Assembly: GCA_043228905.1 (NCBI GenBank)
Contig: JBHGNT010000014.1
Coordinates: forward strand, 17,608,001 to 17,672,000
Length of the DNA stretch: 64,000 nucleotides
DNA from: Azolla caroliniana
Taxonomy: Eukaryota > Plantae > Polypodiophyta
Direction: 5' to 3'
Within the stretch, counting starts at the first letter, position 1. Every line of letters begins with the position of its first letter. Position numbers and translations under genes: made by a program. This document shows positions 61,443-64,000 of the stretch, piece by piece. The notes beneath the pieces were generated by a model. The model ran no database searches, had not been told where the DNA came from, and worked only from the letters and a program-made list of their open reading frames with translations.

Positions 61443-61765
61443 GAGTTATTTGATGAGTGTTAAGTCTAGTTTCAATTTTGAAGTAGGTTGAAAGTCTTCA
61501 AGTACATCATAACTGGAGGGCATCAAGTGGCAATTTGTGGCTATTTTACATTTCCTGTCCAATGATATCAAATTTAGGGTTCACTTATGTTTGTGTTTTT
61601 TATTTTTTAGGAGTTATTTGTCAAAGGTTAAGTCTAATTTCAATTTTGAACTAGGCTGAAAGTTTTCCAGTATATCATAACTGGAGGGCATCAAGGTGGA
61701 ATAAATTGCAGCAGTTCTGCATTTCATGCCCAATCATCTCAGATTTAGGGTTCTCTTGTGGTTTT
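61443..61765. repeat. ~168-bp diverged tandem duplication
   Basis: GAGTTATTTG...GTTAAGTCTA.TTTCAATTTTGAA...ATCATAACTGGAGGG...ATTTAGGGTTC twice (starts 61443 and 61611). Confidence 0.8.
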
Positions 61766-64000
61766 TAATTGGTATGTCTTCATATGGATCTTGTTGACAC
61801 CATATATTTGTGCTCTTTGGTCACCATAAGTTGAAACAAAATGTTGGTGCAATGCACAAGGTCAAGGCCTATGTATGTATATATATGTTGTTTCCTTTCA
61901 CCGTAGATTGAGACTCCACCAACCTTGCATAGCCACTTGTCAGTCCTAATGCAGTACTCTGCAGCCATACAAATGGATTCAACATGCCATATTTATTTTT
62001 CTGTATTATTTGATTTGTTTACTGAATCCAAATCTCACTTGAAAATTTCAAAATATGTTGGAAGTTATTAAGTGGATTATAATGTCTTGCCTAGCTGATA
62101 GCTGTAAGTCCAAACATGAAAGCCTGTTGACAATCTCATTCTATGCTGTATTTTAGCTGTCTCAGTAACAGATGGGTATCAAGCAACAATACTATAGCAG
62201 TTTTTCATTAACCAAGTATGTCAATCTGCAATACTATATATGATCCATGGTAAGACTTCGTATGGATCTTGGCCGCATGATTTAAATTCAAGCACTGGTG
62301 GGTGCTGGATTCTGAAGTTTTGTGTATTGCACATCCACGTCCTTTGCTGGAGTCAAAGCTGATACTACTCATATCTCACCTCAAGGTAACTGCATGGCAC
62401 GGTCTCATGACATTACATACTTGACAAGGAATCTGTGTCGCCTTGACTTATATCAGAAAATACTCCAAGATAATTGAGATATGGAATGATGAAATGTTCT
62501 GAGGCAGGGAATGAGAAGTTGGAAAATGACTTCCTTTAGTCTATGAGTTATGTTTATGAAGGTGTATACTTGAAACATGCCATCAAGTATTTTATCCTTT
62601 GTTGAGCTTCTGTAGAGTGTTTTATGTAACTTGGCTCTTTTTGAAGGAATTTTCATCTTATCAATACAAAGTTGCATTTACAGACTGAGGAAAGCATGAT
62701 AGAGAAACTAAGACAGTTAGTGAAAGAGATGAAAACAATACAGCATAATGGTAGGAAAAGCAAAAGATTAGCAAACCAAACCCCACATGTAAAAGAAAGG
62801 TAACTATGGAGCTGCTATAACTGGTGCACGGCATGCATACCATGTTGTTCTTATGTTTGCTAAATCTTTGCTATATTCATTTTCTCGATGCTTATTGGTT
62901 TTTTTTTTTCCATAAAAGTTATGCTCTGCTTATTGGTTATTTATACTACTGTATGCATCCATTGGTATCTTTTCAAGGTTAAACTGGTGTAGGCACCTAC
63001 TTCAGAGACCATATAAGTCTGGAGTCTATAATATTTCTATCAGACAGGGTAGGGTGGCTATGTACACACCATGCCAAGAGCTGAGTTATACACCTATGCA
63101 CAACGTTCTTGCTACTGAAAAATATTATAGGACTCAAAACTTTTACAGTCTTGCATCAGCATTCTTGCACAAAATTCCATTCTGTGCATTAGTTGCATTA
63201 GTTAATGGTTGAATATCTTTCCTTCCAAGTATATCGAAGGACACATTGTTTTAGGTCACATATGAGAAACCCTACTGTTCTCTTCATTACATATTATTCA
63301 TATTTGTATTTATAATTATAACTTCAAAACAGCATCTGTAAAAGAAAAACAGAATTTGCTTTTGAGATGAGAGTTGGCTCTTTATTTATAGTGTCTTGGA
63401 ACAGAGGGTCGAATTGAGGCCTAAATGTGCCAGTGTCGTCCATTCCTCAGATAAAGGTACAATGTCCCTATGCGTCAATTCTAATTTTATTCATAGTGGC
63501 AATTTAAAGGTCTTATCCTAGGTAAACGTAACATTGTTAGTTCTTTGAATTCTGTTCAAGAAGTGACTGTATAGAAGCACAAGGATGTCTTGGATTAATC
63601 TATGCCTAAACTAACCAATAAAATCCTCAGAATTAGGCTGAAAAGCAATTCTAATGTTTTATGTACAAAAATACAGCCCTATTTTCTAAACAGAAAGCTC
63701 ATAAACTAATAATTATTTTCCCAAAATTGGTGACTATAAAAAACAAGCAATGAGCATGGAGCTCGTTGCAGTGTATTTTAGTGTTATATAGCAAGTTGCG
63801 TGCAAAAAAATGTAGCAGATTGGAGATGTAAAGAAGATCATGAGAAGAGACGAGGCAGAAAATCACTTTCTTGGCGTTTGAATATCAACGGTTCAATGGG
63901 GCTTGTTTTGTGATCTTTTCAGGCTTTGTGTTTATTAAGTATGGGTTTATATGGGCCTTATATTCATTTGTACCTTATTAAGTGCCTTATATATGGGTTT

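Overview
Eukaryotic, repeat-rich land-plant genomic DNA. The Tcn1-like chromovirus, RTEX-like LINE and L1 types suggest a non-seed plant such as a fern (inference). Host genes: an intronless G-type lectin (S-domain) non-RD receptor kinase (15018-17675); a head-to-head pair of two-exon genes for minimal ~100-aa alpha-crystallin-domain proteins (34156-35065 minus, 41264-42393 plus); and the first five exons of an unidentified coiled-coil protein gene (51575-55823, continuing). The rest is transposon-derived, and many boundaries can be read from target-site duplications (TSDs). These include a three-level nest (Copia inside a deleted Gypsy inside a Gypsy integrase; 1-7450), a decayed full-length Copia (18057-22996), a near-intact full-length L1 (23477-30550), a solo LTR, a tRNA-Ala-primed TRIM with an internal minisatellite (43819-44977), and a second nest (RTEX-like LINE inside a hAT non-autonomous element inside an older RTEX-like LINE; 56540-61297). 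Most notable: the minimal ACD gene pair, a Gypsy LTR with heat-shock-element arrays plus a tRNA-like segment, a strictly phased 17-bp repeat array at 46074-46350, and conserved 3'-end motifs in two LINE groups. All alignments and counts were done by eye.
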